A DNA stretch of 64,000 nucleotides, taken from Macrostomum lignano. Its lineage: Eukaryota. Each line of letters begins with the position of its first letter. Within the stretch, counting starts at the first letter, position 1. Below the pieces are notes generated by a model. The model saw only the letters and a program-made list of their open reading frames with translations. It was not told the DNA's origin and made no database searches. Below, in pieces: positions 11,722-25,520 of the stretch. The translations under genes were made by a program, and so were the position numbers. The DNA lies in the NCBI GenBank assembly GCA_002269645.1, contig NIVC01001723.1, positions 25,844-89,843 of the forward strand, in the 5' to 3' direction.

Positions 11722-14700
11722 ATGCAGGGCTACGAGCAGACGCTGGCGCTTAGCCATTACTACGCTTGGAACTCCTTGGCTGACCTGCTGGGCCGGCAGC
11801 CGACCATCACCACAGCTGGTAGCGGCGGCGGCGCCGGCGGAGCTCCTGGCAGCGGCGGCGCCGGATTCGGCGGCTTTGGCGGCGGCAACCGCCAGCGGCC
11901 GGGCCGGGGGGCATCGTTTGGCCGGTTCTACGGCGGCGGCGGGCCGAAACGCGGCGGCTTCGGGCCCGGCTTTGGCAGCGGCAGGCCCGGCGGCAGTTCT
12001 TTGCGATTCCACAGCGCCGGCGGAGGCGGCGCGAGACAGTCTATGGAAATACCGCCGCCGCCGCCGCCACCACCACCGCCTCAGCAGCAACCCAACGGGG
12101 TGAGTGTGGCGGCAGGCATAGCTGGATCCCATAGTCGATCGTTTTTATGCTTTTTCGCCAGCCTATTTGACCCACGAGACCACCATTGACCTTTATTTCA
12201 TCCACCGACCGTCTTTAACCTACGACCAAGGTCTTTGACCCACCATTTACGGTCTTTGACCCACCACCGACGGTTTCTGACTCACCACTGAGGTCTTTGA
12301 CCCACCGCCGACACTTTGACCCACCGCCGACACTTTGACCCACCGCCGACACTTTGACCCATTGCCGACACTTTGACCCACCGCCGACGGTTTCTGACTC
12401 GCCACTGAGGTCTTTGACCCACCGTCGACACTTTGACCCGCCACCGAATCTCTTTGACCCGCCACCGACACTTTGACCTGCCACCGACTCTCTTTGACCC
12501 ACCACCGATGCTTTGACCCGCCACCGACACTTTGACCCGGCACCGACACTTTGACTCGTCACCGACACTTTGACCCGCCACCGATGCTTTGACCCGCCAC
12601 CGACACTTTGACCCACCACCGATGCTTTGACCCGTCACCGACACTTTGACCCGCCGCCGATACTTTGACCCACCGCCGACTATCTTTGACCCATTGCCGA
12701 CACTTTGACCCGCCACTGATGCTTTGACCCGCCACCGACACTTTGACCCGCCACCGACTCTCTTTGACCCACCGCCGATACTTTGACCCACCACTGACTC
12801 TCTTTGACCCACCGCCGACACTTTGACCCATCACCGACATTTGGACCCACCATTGAGTTCTTTGACCCATCACCGTTACTTGGACCCACCATTGAGTTCT
12901 TTGACCCATCACCGACACTTTGACCCACCGCCGACACTTTGACCCATCGCCGACACTTTGATCCACAATTGAGCTCCTTAACCCACAGCTGACTCTCTTT
13001 GACCTGCCGCCGATACTTTGACCCACCACCGACACTTTGACCCACCACCGATGCTTTGACCCGCCACCGACACTTTGACCCGCCACCGACTCTTTGACCC
13101 GCCACCAACACTTAGACCCGCCACCGACACTTTGACCCAACACCGACTCTCTTTGACCCGCCACCGACACTTTGACCCACCACCGATGCTTTGACCCGCC
13201 ACCGACACTTTGACCCGCCACCGACACTTTGACTCGTCACCGACACTTTGACCCGCCACCGATGCTTTGACTCGCCACCGACACTTTGACCCACCACCGA
13301 TGCTTTGACCCGCCACCGACACTTTGACCCGCCACCGACACTTTGACCCATCGCCGACACTTTGATCCACAATTGAGTTCCTTAACCCACCGCTGACTCT
13401 CTTTGACCCGCCACCGACACTTTGACCCGCCACCAACACTTTGACCCGCCACCGACACTTTGACCTGCCACCGACTCTCTTTGACCCGCCACCGACACTT
13501 TGACCCGCCACCGACACTTTGACCTGTCACCGACTCTCTTTGACCCGCCGCCGATACTTTGACCCACCGCTGACTCTCTTTGACCCGCCACCGACACTTT
13601 GATCCTTTGATCCACCACCAGCACTTTGATCCACCACCGACACTTTGACCTGCCACTGACTCTCTTTGACCCGCCACCGATACTTTGACCCACCGCTGAC
13701 TCTCTTTGACCCGCCACCGACACTTTGATCCACCACCGACACTTTGACCCGCCACCGACACTTTGATCCACCACCGACACTTTGACCCGCCACCGACACT
13801 TTGATCCACCACCGACACTTTGACCCGCCACCGACACTTTGACCTGCCACCGACTCTCTTTGACCCGCCGCTGATACTTTGACCCACCGCTGACTCTCTT
13901 TGACCCGCCACCGACACTTTGATCCACCACCGACACTTTGACCCGCCACCGACACTTTGACCCGCCACCGACACTTTGACCTGCCACCGACTCTCTTTGA
14001 CCCGCCGCTGATACTTTGACCCACCGCTGACTCTCTTTGACCCGCCACCGACACTTTGATCCACCACCGACACTTTGATCCACCACCGACACTTTGACCG
14101 CCACCGACACTTTGACCCGCCACCGACACTTTGACCTGCCACCGACTCTCTTTGACCCGCCGCTGATACTTTGACCCACCGCTGACTCTCTTTGACCCGC
14201 CACCGACACTTTGATCCACCACCGACACTTTGACCCGCCACCGACACTTTGACCTGCCACCGACTCTCTTTGACCCGCCGCCGATACTTTGACCCACCAC
14301 CGATGCTTTGACCCGCCACCGACACTTTGATCCACCACCGACACTTTGACCGCCACCGACACTTTGATCCAAAATTGAGTTCATTAACCCACCGTCGACT
14401 CTATTTGACCCACCGCAGTTGCCTCCCCAGGCGCCCCAGCTGCCGCCGCCAGCTACCCTATCATCCTCGCCAGCGGATTCGATGGCGGCCTACGCCGAAT
14501 GGAACTCTGGCCGAATCTGGCAGCTATTTGTTGAGAAACGCCAAACCGACGCCACCTACGAGAGGAAGCTGATGCTCAGAGACGCCCTGCTGTCAGTTGT
14601 GTCCGCTTCGTTTCACTCGGCCGGCCTGTTTATTGTGGGCTCGTCTATGAATGGATTTGGCACCGATTGGGCCGACTTGGACCTGTGCCTGACCATCAAT

Positions 14701-16165
14701 GACCGCGAGCTGGACCAGAAGCGGGACCAAGTGTTGAATCATTTGAAACGGCCACTGTGCCAGTGCCGCTTCATCACTAATATTGAGCTGATTCGAGCTA
14801 AGGTGCGTCAATTAAATCGCTGTCTGATATGGAGACCCTTTTTTATCAAGTTTAGTTCTATGTTCAGCATCTGGTCATTGGGTTTTGCTATATGGTCAGC
14901 ACCTGCTAATTAGGTTTAGTTCTATTGTCAGCACCTGCTAATTAGGTTTAGTTCTATGCTCAGCACCTGCTAATTACATTCAGTTCTATGCTCAGCACCT
15001 GCTAATTACATTCAGTTCTATGCTCAGCACCTGCTAATTACATTCAGTTCTATGCTCAGCACCTGCTAATTACATTCAGTTCTATGCTCAGCACCTGCTA
15101 ATTAGGTTCAGTTATATGCTCAGCACCTGCTAATTACATTCAGTTCTATGCTCAGCACCTGCTAATTACATTCAGTTCTATGCTCAGCACCTGCTAATTA
15201 CATTCAGTTCTATGCTCAGCACCTGCTAATTACATTCAGTTCTATGCTCAGCACCTGCTAATTAGGTTCAGTTATATGCTCAGCACCTGCTAATTACATT
15301 CAGTTCTATGTTCAGCACCTGGTTAATGGGTTAACAACAAGTTTAGCAACTGGTCATAGGTTAATGAGGTTCGGTGCTTATCTTTAAGCTGTCACAGTCT
15401 AATGCCTTAATAAAACTATTAAGATCAAGAGCTTGCAACTGCAGTCTACATCCCAAAAAAAACAAAAATCCTCAGGTCTCTATTTTGAAGTTTCACGACA
15501 CAAAGACCGGTCTAGACTGCGACCTGAACATCAACAATCCCATCGGTATTTACAACACGCACCTCATGGCCGCATACGCCAAATGCGACTGGCGCGTCCG
15601 GCCCCTTGTGATGTTCGTGAAGCTGTGGGCGCAGTCGCTGGGGGTGCAGGACGCCAGTCAGGGCCGGTTGTCAAGCTACAGTCTGGCACTGATGACAGTG
15701 CAGTACCTGCAGGCTGGCTGCAGTCCCCCTGTGCTGTACAGTCTGCAGTCCTTGTATCCTCAGGTGTTCGACTACAACAGGCCGTACACAGAGATTGACA
15801 TGCGAGTGCAGTTGCCATGGGAGGAGTTGAGGTCACAGAACTGCCAGAATTTGGGCCAACTGTTTTCCGGATTCGTGCAGTACTATTCGGAATTCGACTG
15901 GCGCGGCTTCAGCGTGAGCGTGAGGCTGGGCAAGCCGCTGCCAATCCAGCTGGCACTGAAGCTGATTCCAGCTCACGAACAGCTGCTCACCGCCAACAGC
16001 TACAAGATCTACGTGGAGGAGCCGTTCTCCCTGACCAACGCTGCCAGATCCGTCCACAGCGACGAAGTGTTCGCCCAGATTCAGCGAGCTTTTCGCGTCA
16101 CCGCCCAGTCGTTGCGCAATCAGCGCAGCCTCTCCGACATCTTGAGTAATTCGAGCCAGGCCTGA
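11722..16165 (+). CDS. GLD2: GLD-2/TENT2-type poly(A) polymerase, copy 2; join(11722..12099,14419..14802,15476..16165), about 483 aa
   Basis: Gly/Phe/Arg-rich N-terminus with poly-Pro, then GSSMNGFGTDWADLD, LDCDLNINN and VEEPFSLTNAARSV. All junctions are phase 0 (GGG|GTGAGT, CGCAG|TTG, AAG|GTGCGT, CTCAG|GTC). The start codon is a best guess. Confidence 0.85.
12190..14410. repeat. About 20-22-bp C-rich minisatellite filling intron 1 of GLD-2 copy 2
   Basis: GACACTTTGACCCGCCACC variants over 2.2 kb; generates the spurious minus-strand VAGQSVGGGSK ORFs. Confidence 0.95.
14850..15325. repeat. 32-bp minisatellite in intron 2 of GLD-2 copy 2
   Basis: AGTTCTATGCTCAGCACCTGCTAATTACATTC; period from 14951 and 14983. 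Confidence 0.95.
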
Positions 16166-17087
16166 GCTCGATACGATTGACTTTCTCTCGGAGAGCGGCT
16201 GTGTTTATTTTATTTTGAATTTATCAAGCGCTTTCAGTAAAACAGTTTTTTGTGCTGTTTCTGCATATACAGCGCAGGCTTTTCTATATTTAAGTTTTCT
16301 ATTCTTTCATTTTATCTTTGATGAGTTCTCTTTTAGCAATGCTTTTATTTGAAGTTTTCACAAGTCTTTCCGTCTGAATTTAATTCAACTTTTTCTCAAC
16401 ATTTGCTTTCATTCTTCGTTTTCCATCTTAAGCCTACTTTTGTTATGAAAAAAAATGACTCAAAAAAACAAAACTGCTCACCGAGGTACCGCCACATGTT
16501 TGCATTAGTTGTTTCGTCTTCCACAATAAGATCCGCTTCCGTACCCTGTACCAGTGCGCTGCCAGATGTGTGTAGTTTCTAATCCAGACTATGATAATAA
16601 CTGCGACCTAGTTTCCTCGCTTCACAAACAGACTGACCCCCCATCAAATTGTCACGCAAAACCTCAAAGCTCAAACCTGTCGGAAAAAGATTGAACAATA
16701 AAACTTACTCTTACTGGAATTTTTTGCAACCCAGATCAAACCTGTGGTCCCTGTCTTGTTTTTATCCTGGTCTCGAATTTGATACAAGAAAATCTGTCAC
16801 AAGTTTTCAAGCGACCGTGCCATGTCGTCTGCGAACTAATAATTAATGATTCATTTTTGTGTTCTCCGTAATAAAAATGGTAAGAAATCGCATTCTGCAA
16901 TAACCTCACGGTTTTCTCATCCCAGAGAAATTCTGTGTTCTCTGTTTCATTTTTCCACTTTGAATTTTTACTAGGGCTCTGTTTTAGTTGTAGGACTAGC
17001 AATCAGCCCCCCCCCCTGTTGGAGAGGCAACAAATGTTGGAATAATTTTTTAATTAACTATATATGATGCTTCTGACCTCGCAGCCA

Positions 17088-17410
17088 TGACATCTCAATC
17101 ATCCCCCCTCCCTTAAGCCTTGACATCTCAGTCATTCCTCCTGTAAGCCTTGACATCTCAGTCATTCCTCCTGTAAGCCTTGACATCTCAGTCATTCCTC
17201 CCGTAAGCCTTGGCATCTCAACCATTCCCCCGTAAGCCTTGACATCTCAGTCATTCCCCCCCCCCTAAGCCTTGACATCTCAGTCATTTCCCCCCCCCTT
17301 AAGCCTTGACATCTCAGTCATTCCTCATGTAAGCCTTGACATCTCAACCAATTCTCCCTTAAGCCTTGACATCTCAGTCATCCCCCCCCCCCCCCCTAAG
17401 CCTTGACGTA
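17088..17410. repeat. About 31-bp degenerate tandem repeat upstream of PRPF38A; related inverted copies at about 34515-34605
   Basis: GCCTTGACATCTCAGTCATTCC units; reverse complement CTGAGATGTCAAGG near 34538. Confidence 0.8.
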
Positions 17411-17476
17411 GGCTCACGTAGGCTTAGGCTATACGTGAGTAGTATTAGCATCAAAAAGCACCGCATTGATGTCCGC

Positions 17477-18904
17477 ATGGCCAATCGCACTGTGAAGGAC
17501 GCGCACACGGTGCACGGCACCAATCCGCAGTATTTGATAGAAAAAATCATTCGTTCCCGAATCTACGAGTGCCGATACTGGAAGGAGGAGTGCTTCGCCG
17601 TCAACGAGGAGCTGCTTGTTGAACGGGCCGTCGCTCTCAAGTACATCGGCGGAGTACACGGCGGCAACATTAAACCGACTCCGTTTCTCTGCCTGACATT
17701 GAAGATGCTGCAGATCCAGCCAGCCAAGGACATCATTATCGAGTTCATTCGCCAGAAAGATCATAAATATGCTCGCGCTCTCGGCATGTTCTACCTGCGG
17801 CTGACTCAAGATTCGCTTGAGTGCTATCGCTACTTGGAGCCGCTTTATAATGACTATCGCAAGCTCAAGCGCATCGACCGGCAGGGCGCCTTCTCCATCA
17901 TCCATATGGACGAATTCGTTGACGAACTGTTGCGCGAGGAGCGCTCCTGCGATGTCATCTTGCCGCGGCTGCAGAAGCGACAGGTGCTAGAAGAGGAAAA
18001 CGAACTTGATCCCAGGGTCTCGCTGCTCGACGAGGAGCTTCAGGATGTCCGCCTGGAGGATGCCTTGGCCGCCGATGAGGATGACGACGGTGAGGACGCC
18101 AGTCGAGACGGCAGCGATAGAAGGTCGTCAGCTTCGCCAAGTCCGCGACGCCGCGACAACGTCTCGCCGCCGCCAAAGCGGCCATCGCCGCCGCCGCACA
18201 GGCAACAGCACCATCGTCACAGTCAGCAGCACCATCGACAGAGGCGACGGTCCCGATCAAGGTGCGCAATTCTATCTACTTGTTACCTGTGTGGGACTTA
18301 AGGCGCTTGTTATTAAGGGGCTTTAAGCAGTGGCGCTAATCAAAGTGGGCAGGCAACCCGCAGCCAGCAGTCATGCCAATATCGCTGACCTCTGAGCACG
18401 AACACGCTCAAACGGGGTGTACAGCAGCGCTGACTTTCTAATTGAAAGCCGTATACATGTAAACTCTGCTCCTTGAAATTTTAGTCAAATTATATTTATG
18501 CATGCATGCGTGTACATTGCAGGTCCAGGTCAAGGTCAAAGTCCAAATCGAGGTCAAGGTCGCCAGCCGAACGACGCCGCAAAACTGTCGACAACGGCGG
18601 CGGCGGCGGCGATTCGAAGAAGAGGCGCAAGAAGGACAAAAAAGACAGCAGCGGCGGCGGCAAGGACGGCAAATCATCTACCAAGGACAAAGACCGGCAC
18701 TATAATAAAGATAAAGACAGGCGAGACAAGGACAAAGACAAGGATAAAGACCGCGGCGAACGGAAGAGGCCGAGGCGGGACTCAGGCGATCGACGGGACC
18801 GGGATCGGGATCGGCAACAGCGAAACCGCGACCGCGAGGAGGAAGAGATCAGAGAGGCAAACAAGCTGCGGGCTGAGCTGGGCATTCCGCTGCTCAAGCC
18901 TTGA
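17477..18904 (+). CDS. PRPF38A: Pre-mRNA splicing factor 38A; join(17477..18261,18523..18904)
   Basis: MANRTVKDAHTVHGTNPQYLIEKIIRSRIY...; RS/RD-rich tail ending EEEIREANKLRAELGIPLLKP; phase-2 intron AG|GTGCGC...TGCAG|G. Confidence 0.95.
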
Positions 18905-19099
18905 TATGCCGGCCATAGCAGCTATGTATCCGTATTCTGTTACATTATTAATACCTGTGCTATGCGTACCTGTGCATTATATAATGCGTGTAATTAAATT
19001 TGTAATGTGCATTTTTCGCTGTTTGACTATGACTCTAAAACAAAAAAGCCTAGAGTATTTGCCGTTGGTATGTTGCAATTATTTTCATTTCAATAATCA

Positions 19100-19404
19100 T
19101 ATTATTATTTACTGCAGCTGCCCTGATGGCCAGATGAGCAACCGACAGCTCAGCCGCAGCTATTGCACGGCGTATCTGAAGGCTGCGTACGGCTGTTCAG
19201 TCCAAGGACTGGGGGGGGGGGTCGCCACACACAACCTCAATTACCCCAGCTAATGCTGGCACCCATTTTACAGCTGGGTGAACTGAAGCAGTGCAGAGTT
19301 AAGTGCCTTGCTCAAGGACACAAATTGTTCCAATGGGATCGGGAATCGAATCCCGACGTTTCAGTCGTGAGTCCGACGCTCTAACCACCATAGGCTACAA
19401 CTCC
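19100..19404 (-). mobile_element. tRNA-derived SINE, copy 1
   Basis: Reverse complement of the 26390 copy: tRNA-like head, CTTGAGCAAGGCACTTAACT...CACCCAGCTGTAAAATGGG central domain, AT-rich tail. Confidence 0.85.
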
Positions 19405-19405
19405 T

Positions 19406-20625
<1,220 letters not shown>

Positions 20626-21577
20626 CAGACAGAACAACAACAGACTCAATCGCACTGGCTCCGAGTACTGTACTGTACGAGATGAGTCTACTCTATACGG
20701 CATATAGTAAGTCGCTAACCTTAGCAGGGCACCTGAATAAACTCTAACCGAGAGCCAACGTGCTCAATCTACGGTAGTGTAACTAATAAACAGTTAGGAG
20801 AAGTTGATTGTGCAGATGTACGCTTGCTCGTTCATTGCATATTTTGTACATGGCAACCAGGTGTGCAGGATTGATTTATGATATAAAGTTGAAAACAACT
20901 CTAGCGCGCTCTCAAGCAACCGAGCGGCGGAGACCGATCGGGCGTCAATCTTCATTGTAAGGTTTGGTAAGTAAAAATCAGACATTAGGTTAGAGTCCAG
21001 TTTTACAATGCCTATTGTAATAGTTTGTTTGAGCCGGCTTGACCCCAGAAGAGACCAGCCAAATCACTCGAAAGTCGACTCCAAGCAGCAGTAAGATAGC
21101 AGGGAGCCTCAACATTGGCCCAGCGGGTTTGAATCGGCACAAAAATTTACTATAAACTTTTCCCATATCTCAAGGTAGTAGAACCAAGGCGCACCTTTGG
21201 GTGTGTGCGCGTGCGTGTTTCATTGAGAGATAGGGCCAGCAGAGATAAGGTAGGCACCTGCTGCGCAGTGAGCAGTTTAAAATGCCCGAGTCAATCGATT
21301 ATTTCTGATCACCAGCCTTGCGCGTGTTCCGCCCCCCCCCCCTAGGCAGGTAGATAAGCAACGCGGCGCTCCCCAGGTCAAAGAGACTGTCACGTGCTTC
21401 CGATTGCACAGTTTGATAATGCCGAGTATTTGACTCGATAAGAAATGTCTAACAGGTTGCTCGCTTTACAACCCAATTACATGTAGGTGTCTTTACTACT
21501 TCTCTGAATCTCCCGAGCTGCCTCTAGCGGGACCAGTTTAGTTCGCACTTCCTTCTACGATCGCTACTTCTGGCCCG

Positions 21578-23771
21578 ATGTCCGACCACGGCGACGAGAA
21601 GGTGCCAATCGTGGGTCCGAGCACCTGCGTCAGCTACACGCAGACGGACGAGAGCTCCTTTGTTATCAATGACCCCGGCGCCAGCAGCTCCGGTGGCCGA
21701 GGCCGCGCGGGCACTGGTCCCTACCTGACCACGGTGCGCGAGGATGAGGAGCTGATGGAGGTCTCTAGCGAGCAGTTCAGCGCCAGCGGCGTCACCGGGT
21801 CCAGGCACCAACGGGCGCAATCGTCAGTCGGCAGCGGACTTCGCCCGCGCACGAGGACAATGTCCAACCGGTTCATGTCCAGCGTGCACAAGATTCGCAG
21901 CTACACTCAGCAGTCCATCCACGAGGTGCCGTGCGAGGACCGGAACAACTCGGCCTTCGCGGCCGGATTCAACGTGACGAATCTGGTGCAGGGCATCGGC
22001 ATCATGGGCGTGCCCTACGCGGTCAGCCGCGGCAGCTGGGCCTCCATCGGGGTCATCTGTCTGGTCGCCGCCCTGTGCTGCTACACCGGCTGTCTGCTAG
22101 TCGACTGTCTCTACACCGGTTGTCCGCGCACCGGGCGCCGAGTCCGCTACCTGAAATCCTACCCGGATGTCGGCGCCATGGTCTGGCCCCGGTTCGGCCG
22201 GCGCGCCGTCACAATCGTCTCCGTGGTGGAGATGTTCGGCGGGATGTGCCTGTACATCATCCTGCTGGCCAGCACCAGCTCCTCGCTGATGAAGGAGCGA
22301 GTGCCATCGCTGAACATCTATCACTGGAGCTGCATCAGCACCTACGCCACCCTGCCGCTCACGTTCATCACGCGAATGTCCTTCATCTCCTGGTTCAGCA
22401 TGCTGGCGGTGGCCAGCCTGATGTCTAGCATCGTGTCCGTGCTGGTCTTCTGCTTCATGCACTTCGACCAGCTGGCGCTGACCAACATGCCCGGCTTCGA
22501 TCCAACCAGCTTCCCCGTTAGCTTCGGCATCATCGTGTTCTCCTACTGCGCCCACGCCGTGTTCCCCGGCATCGAGGAGTGCATGCGCCGGCCAAACAGC
22601 TACCCGGCCATGCTCACTGTGTCGTTCGGGGTGGCCGCCATTGTCAAGACCATCATGGGCGTCATGGCTGTGCTCATATTCGGCATGGCCACTGAGCAGG
22701 AGTTCGGCCGCAATCTGGAGGTTGACGCCGATTTTAGCTTCATCTCGAATTCGCTCATCTTTGTCAACGTTTTCTTCAGGTTAGTCATGAGCTCTTTATA
22801 TACCTTTAGTAATTGAATGCACCGAGCGTCCTTTGACTGTCGATTGGTTGAGTCCCAGTTGTCTCGAGGAGAATTGCTATGGATTAAACTGTGGATCATA
22901 AGGAATTGTTATAGCTGTTCAGTGTGTCTTGAAGGGGCATTGTTATAGCTGTTCAGTGTGTCTTGAAGGGGCATTGTTATAGCTGATCAGTGTGTTGAAG
23001 GGGCATTGTTATAGCTGATCAGTGTGTCTTGAAGGGGCACTGTTATAGCTGATTAGTGTGTCTTGAAGGGGCATTGTATAGCTGATCAGTGTGTCTTGAA
23101 GGGGCATTGTATAGCTGATCAGTGTGTCTTGAAGGGGCATTGTTATAGCTGATCAGTGTGTCTTGAAGGGGCACTGTTATAGCTGATTAGTGTGTCTTGA
23201 AGGGGCATTGTATAGCTGATCAGTGTGTCTTGAAGGGGCATTGTTATAGCTGATTAGTGTCCCGACGGGAAACCGCTTATTGAGGATCTAAAAGTTGAGC
23301 AGCCACTGATTGCTAGCTCATACTCATTGTCTCCAGCGTTTCTATCGTCCTCAACAAATAAACCAGCAGCACACCCCGCGCCCGAACCGCTCCAGCATGC
23401 CGCTCGTCATCTTCGTGGTTATCGAGCGATTCGATGCGACCTTCCTTGGCGCCTTCCACCCGACCTTCCACCGCAACGGCAGCTTGCACTGGCTGTGGAT
23501 CCTGCTCACCCGGTCCCTCATCATGACCGCTGGCCTATTCCTGTCGATGCTGGTACCCCACTTTGCCCTCCTGATGGGCCTGGTCGGCTCCTTCACTGGC
23601 ACCTGCCTCTGCTTTATCTTTCCGGCGTGGTTTCACCTGGTGCTCAAACGGAAGCAGCTCAACGCATTCGGCGTTTTTGTTCGCGTCTGCATCATCTTGT
23701 TCGGCGCTCTGAGCGGCGCTGTCGGCATGTTCTTCTCCGCTCTGGAGCTCAAGAAGAAGCTCATTCAATGA
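21578..23771 (+). CDS. Vesicular inhibitory amino acid transporter-like (SLC32/VGAT-AVT1 branch of Aa_trans); join(21578..22779,23396..23771), about 525 aa
   Basis: AGFNVTNLVQGIGIMGVPYA, LCCYTGCLLVDCLY, FPVSFGIIVFSY and VPHFALLMGLVGSFTG resemble VGAT. The phase-2 junction rebuilds VFFS-MPL. Confidence 0.8.
22905..23260. repeat. About 34-bp intronic minisatellite
   Basis: TTGTTATAGCTGATCAGTGTGTCTTGAAGGGGCA, about 10 copies. Confidence 0.95.
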
Positions 23772-24758
23772 GAGACTTTGGACAGTGAAGGATCGAATAG
23801 GTTTGTTTCAAACAGTAGCAACATCCCAGTCTGTGTTAGTATTTATTTATTCCTATGAACAGCAATATTCGTCACAGTGGCTAGAAATAAAGGAGAAAGA
23901 AGGCACATAAATTTTCACGTAGCTTGAAGTTGAACATCGTTTTCGCTTTTGTTCCAGAAATTGTCCAAAAGTGATTCAAATATTCCTTTTAAAAGGTTTA
24001 ATTTTGTTTGATTAGGCTGAGTGGGTCAAGCTGGTCAGGAGCTAAGTGGGTCGAACCACCATCAGTGACTTGAGGGTCAGTTACTAATAGCAGCAACTTG
24101 TCTCGTGTTAAAAGAACGAAATCTGCAGCGTTATTTATTGGTAATGACAACAAACTAAAAAAGCAAAACTTTTGCTATGTACTTCAATGTGAAGACAGAG
24201 AATGTAAATCCATCTTTCAAATTTACATTACAAAGTACGTCGCACAGCAAAATAATTAAATGGACTCACTGCAAGTAATGTAACGATTTTTGAATGTTCA
24301 TAAGTCTTAGACTGATTCTATTTTAATCATAGACCATGACGTTCAACCATAGACAAAATAAATCCTGCACGCTGGAGAGGGTGGGGGAAGAAAGGTAGGG
24401 AGTTTAAAACTATAAATCAATCAATCTTGCACCCAGAATCAAAAAAGAGTAATCAATGTTTAAATATCCCTTGAACGCAGTCTGAACGCTTTTTTTCATA
24501 AAATACACTCCACTCTACTTTTCCTGCACAGTAGCCACTGTTGCCTCGGCTATGAAAATTTTCTCATCTTCATTAAAATTATATATCCTCCTTAATTGTT
24601 TGAAACCATGCCCAACAAATTAGCCGCATCCTGAGGCTGCATAGTGCACCAGCGTCATGATTGGTCGATATTGTCTAGGCAGCTACAATATCTGGTGAAA
24701 CTTTCACAAACGCTACAAAAAACCTGTAGTCAAGATTCTAAGTTATTTCACGAATAGG

Positions 24759-25520
24759 ATGAAGCTGCTCAGCTTCCTGATTGTCGCTCTGTCGCAGACT
24801 CCTCTGATCTGCAGCAGCAAATGCAGAGTTCAGTTCCATGCTGTCACGGCTCTCAACTGTGTGAAAAGCGAGTTCGTGCGAACTCACCCGGAGGTCACCA
24901 CCCTCAAGACGTGCTCGATGCTCTGCGCCAATGTCGCGCACTGCCAGGCGTTCAGCATGTCCGACGGTCCGTGCCAGCTGTTCGTGTTTCACAGGTGCAG
25001 CAAGAACGTGAGAGACTGCAGCTGCAATCGCACAGCGCAGCTGTTTGTGAGGCAGCAGCCGGGACTGCCGATGGGAGCCCTGTGTCCTGCTGGCTACGCT
25101 GACGACCTGTGCGGCACCAAGTACAAGTTCATGAGCTGTGCGGGAAACTGGACCAGGTGCAAGGAGATGTGCGACGCGGAGGCTGGACTCGTCATCATGG
25201 CCGAGCTGAGTGATGCAGCGGCGCGAGACAAAGTCGGAAAGCTGGCGGCCGAGCAACTGGCTGGCGTGGCGGCCGTCAACACAGTTTACGTGGGAGGCTG
25301 GCAGCTGCCGGGCAGCTCGGAGCCGTCAGAAGGCTGGCAGTGGGCCAGCTGCGGTCTCAACATCTCGGCTGCACTGTGGAGCAGCGGAGAGCCGAACAAC
25401 CATGAAGGTGTGGAAGATAGAGCTGGGGTCTACCTTAACGGACTCTTGCTTGACCTGCCCACTGACAACTATGTGTACTCAGGCGGAGGCTACTGCCAGT
25501 GCGTGTCGCCGTTTGACTGA
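24759..25520 (+). CDS. Secreted PAN/apple-like + C-type lectin-like protein, copy 1 (253 aa, intronless)
   Basis: Signal peptide MKLLSFLIVALS; CSMLCANVAHCQAFS...CQL (PAN-like); WQWAS...LWSSGEPNN (CTLD with EPN). Confidence 0.8.
   Translation: MKLLSFLIVALSQTPLICSSKCRVQFHAVTALNCVKSEFVRTHPEVTTLKTCSMLCANVAHCQAFSMSDGPCQLFVFHRCSKNVRDCSCNRTAQLFVRQQPGLPMGALCPAGYADDLCGTKYKFMSCAGNWTRCKEMCDAEAGLVIMAELSDAAARDKVGKLAAEQLAGVAAVNTVYVGGWQLPGSSEPSEGWQWASCGLNISAALWSSGEPNNHEGVEDRAGVYLNGLLLDLPTDNYVYSGGGYCQCVSPFD

Noticed and set aside
12215-14384. Multiple 100-360-aa minus-strand ORFs
   Set aside because: Stop-free minisatellite translations inside an intron.
16480-17000. Possible small minus-strand exons with GT-AG sites
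   Set aside because: I could not join them into an open, recognisable frame.
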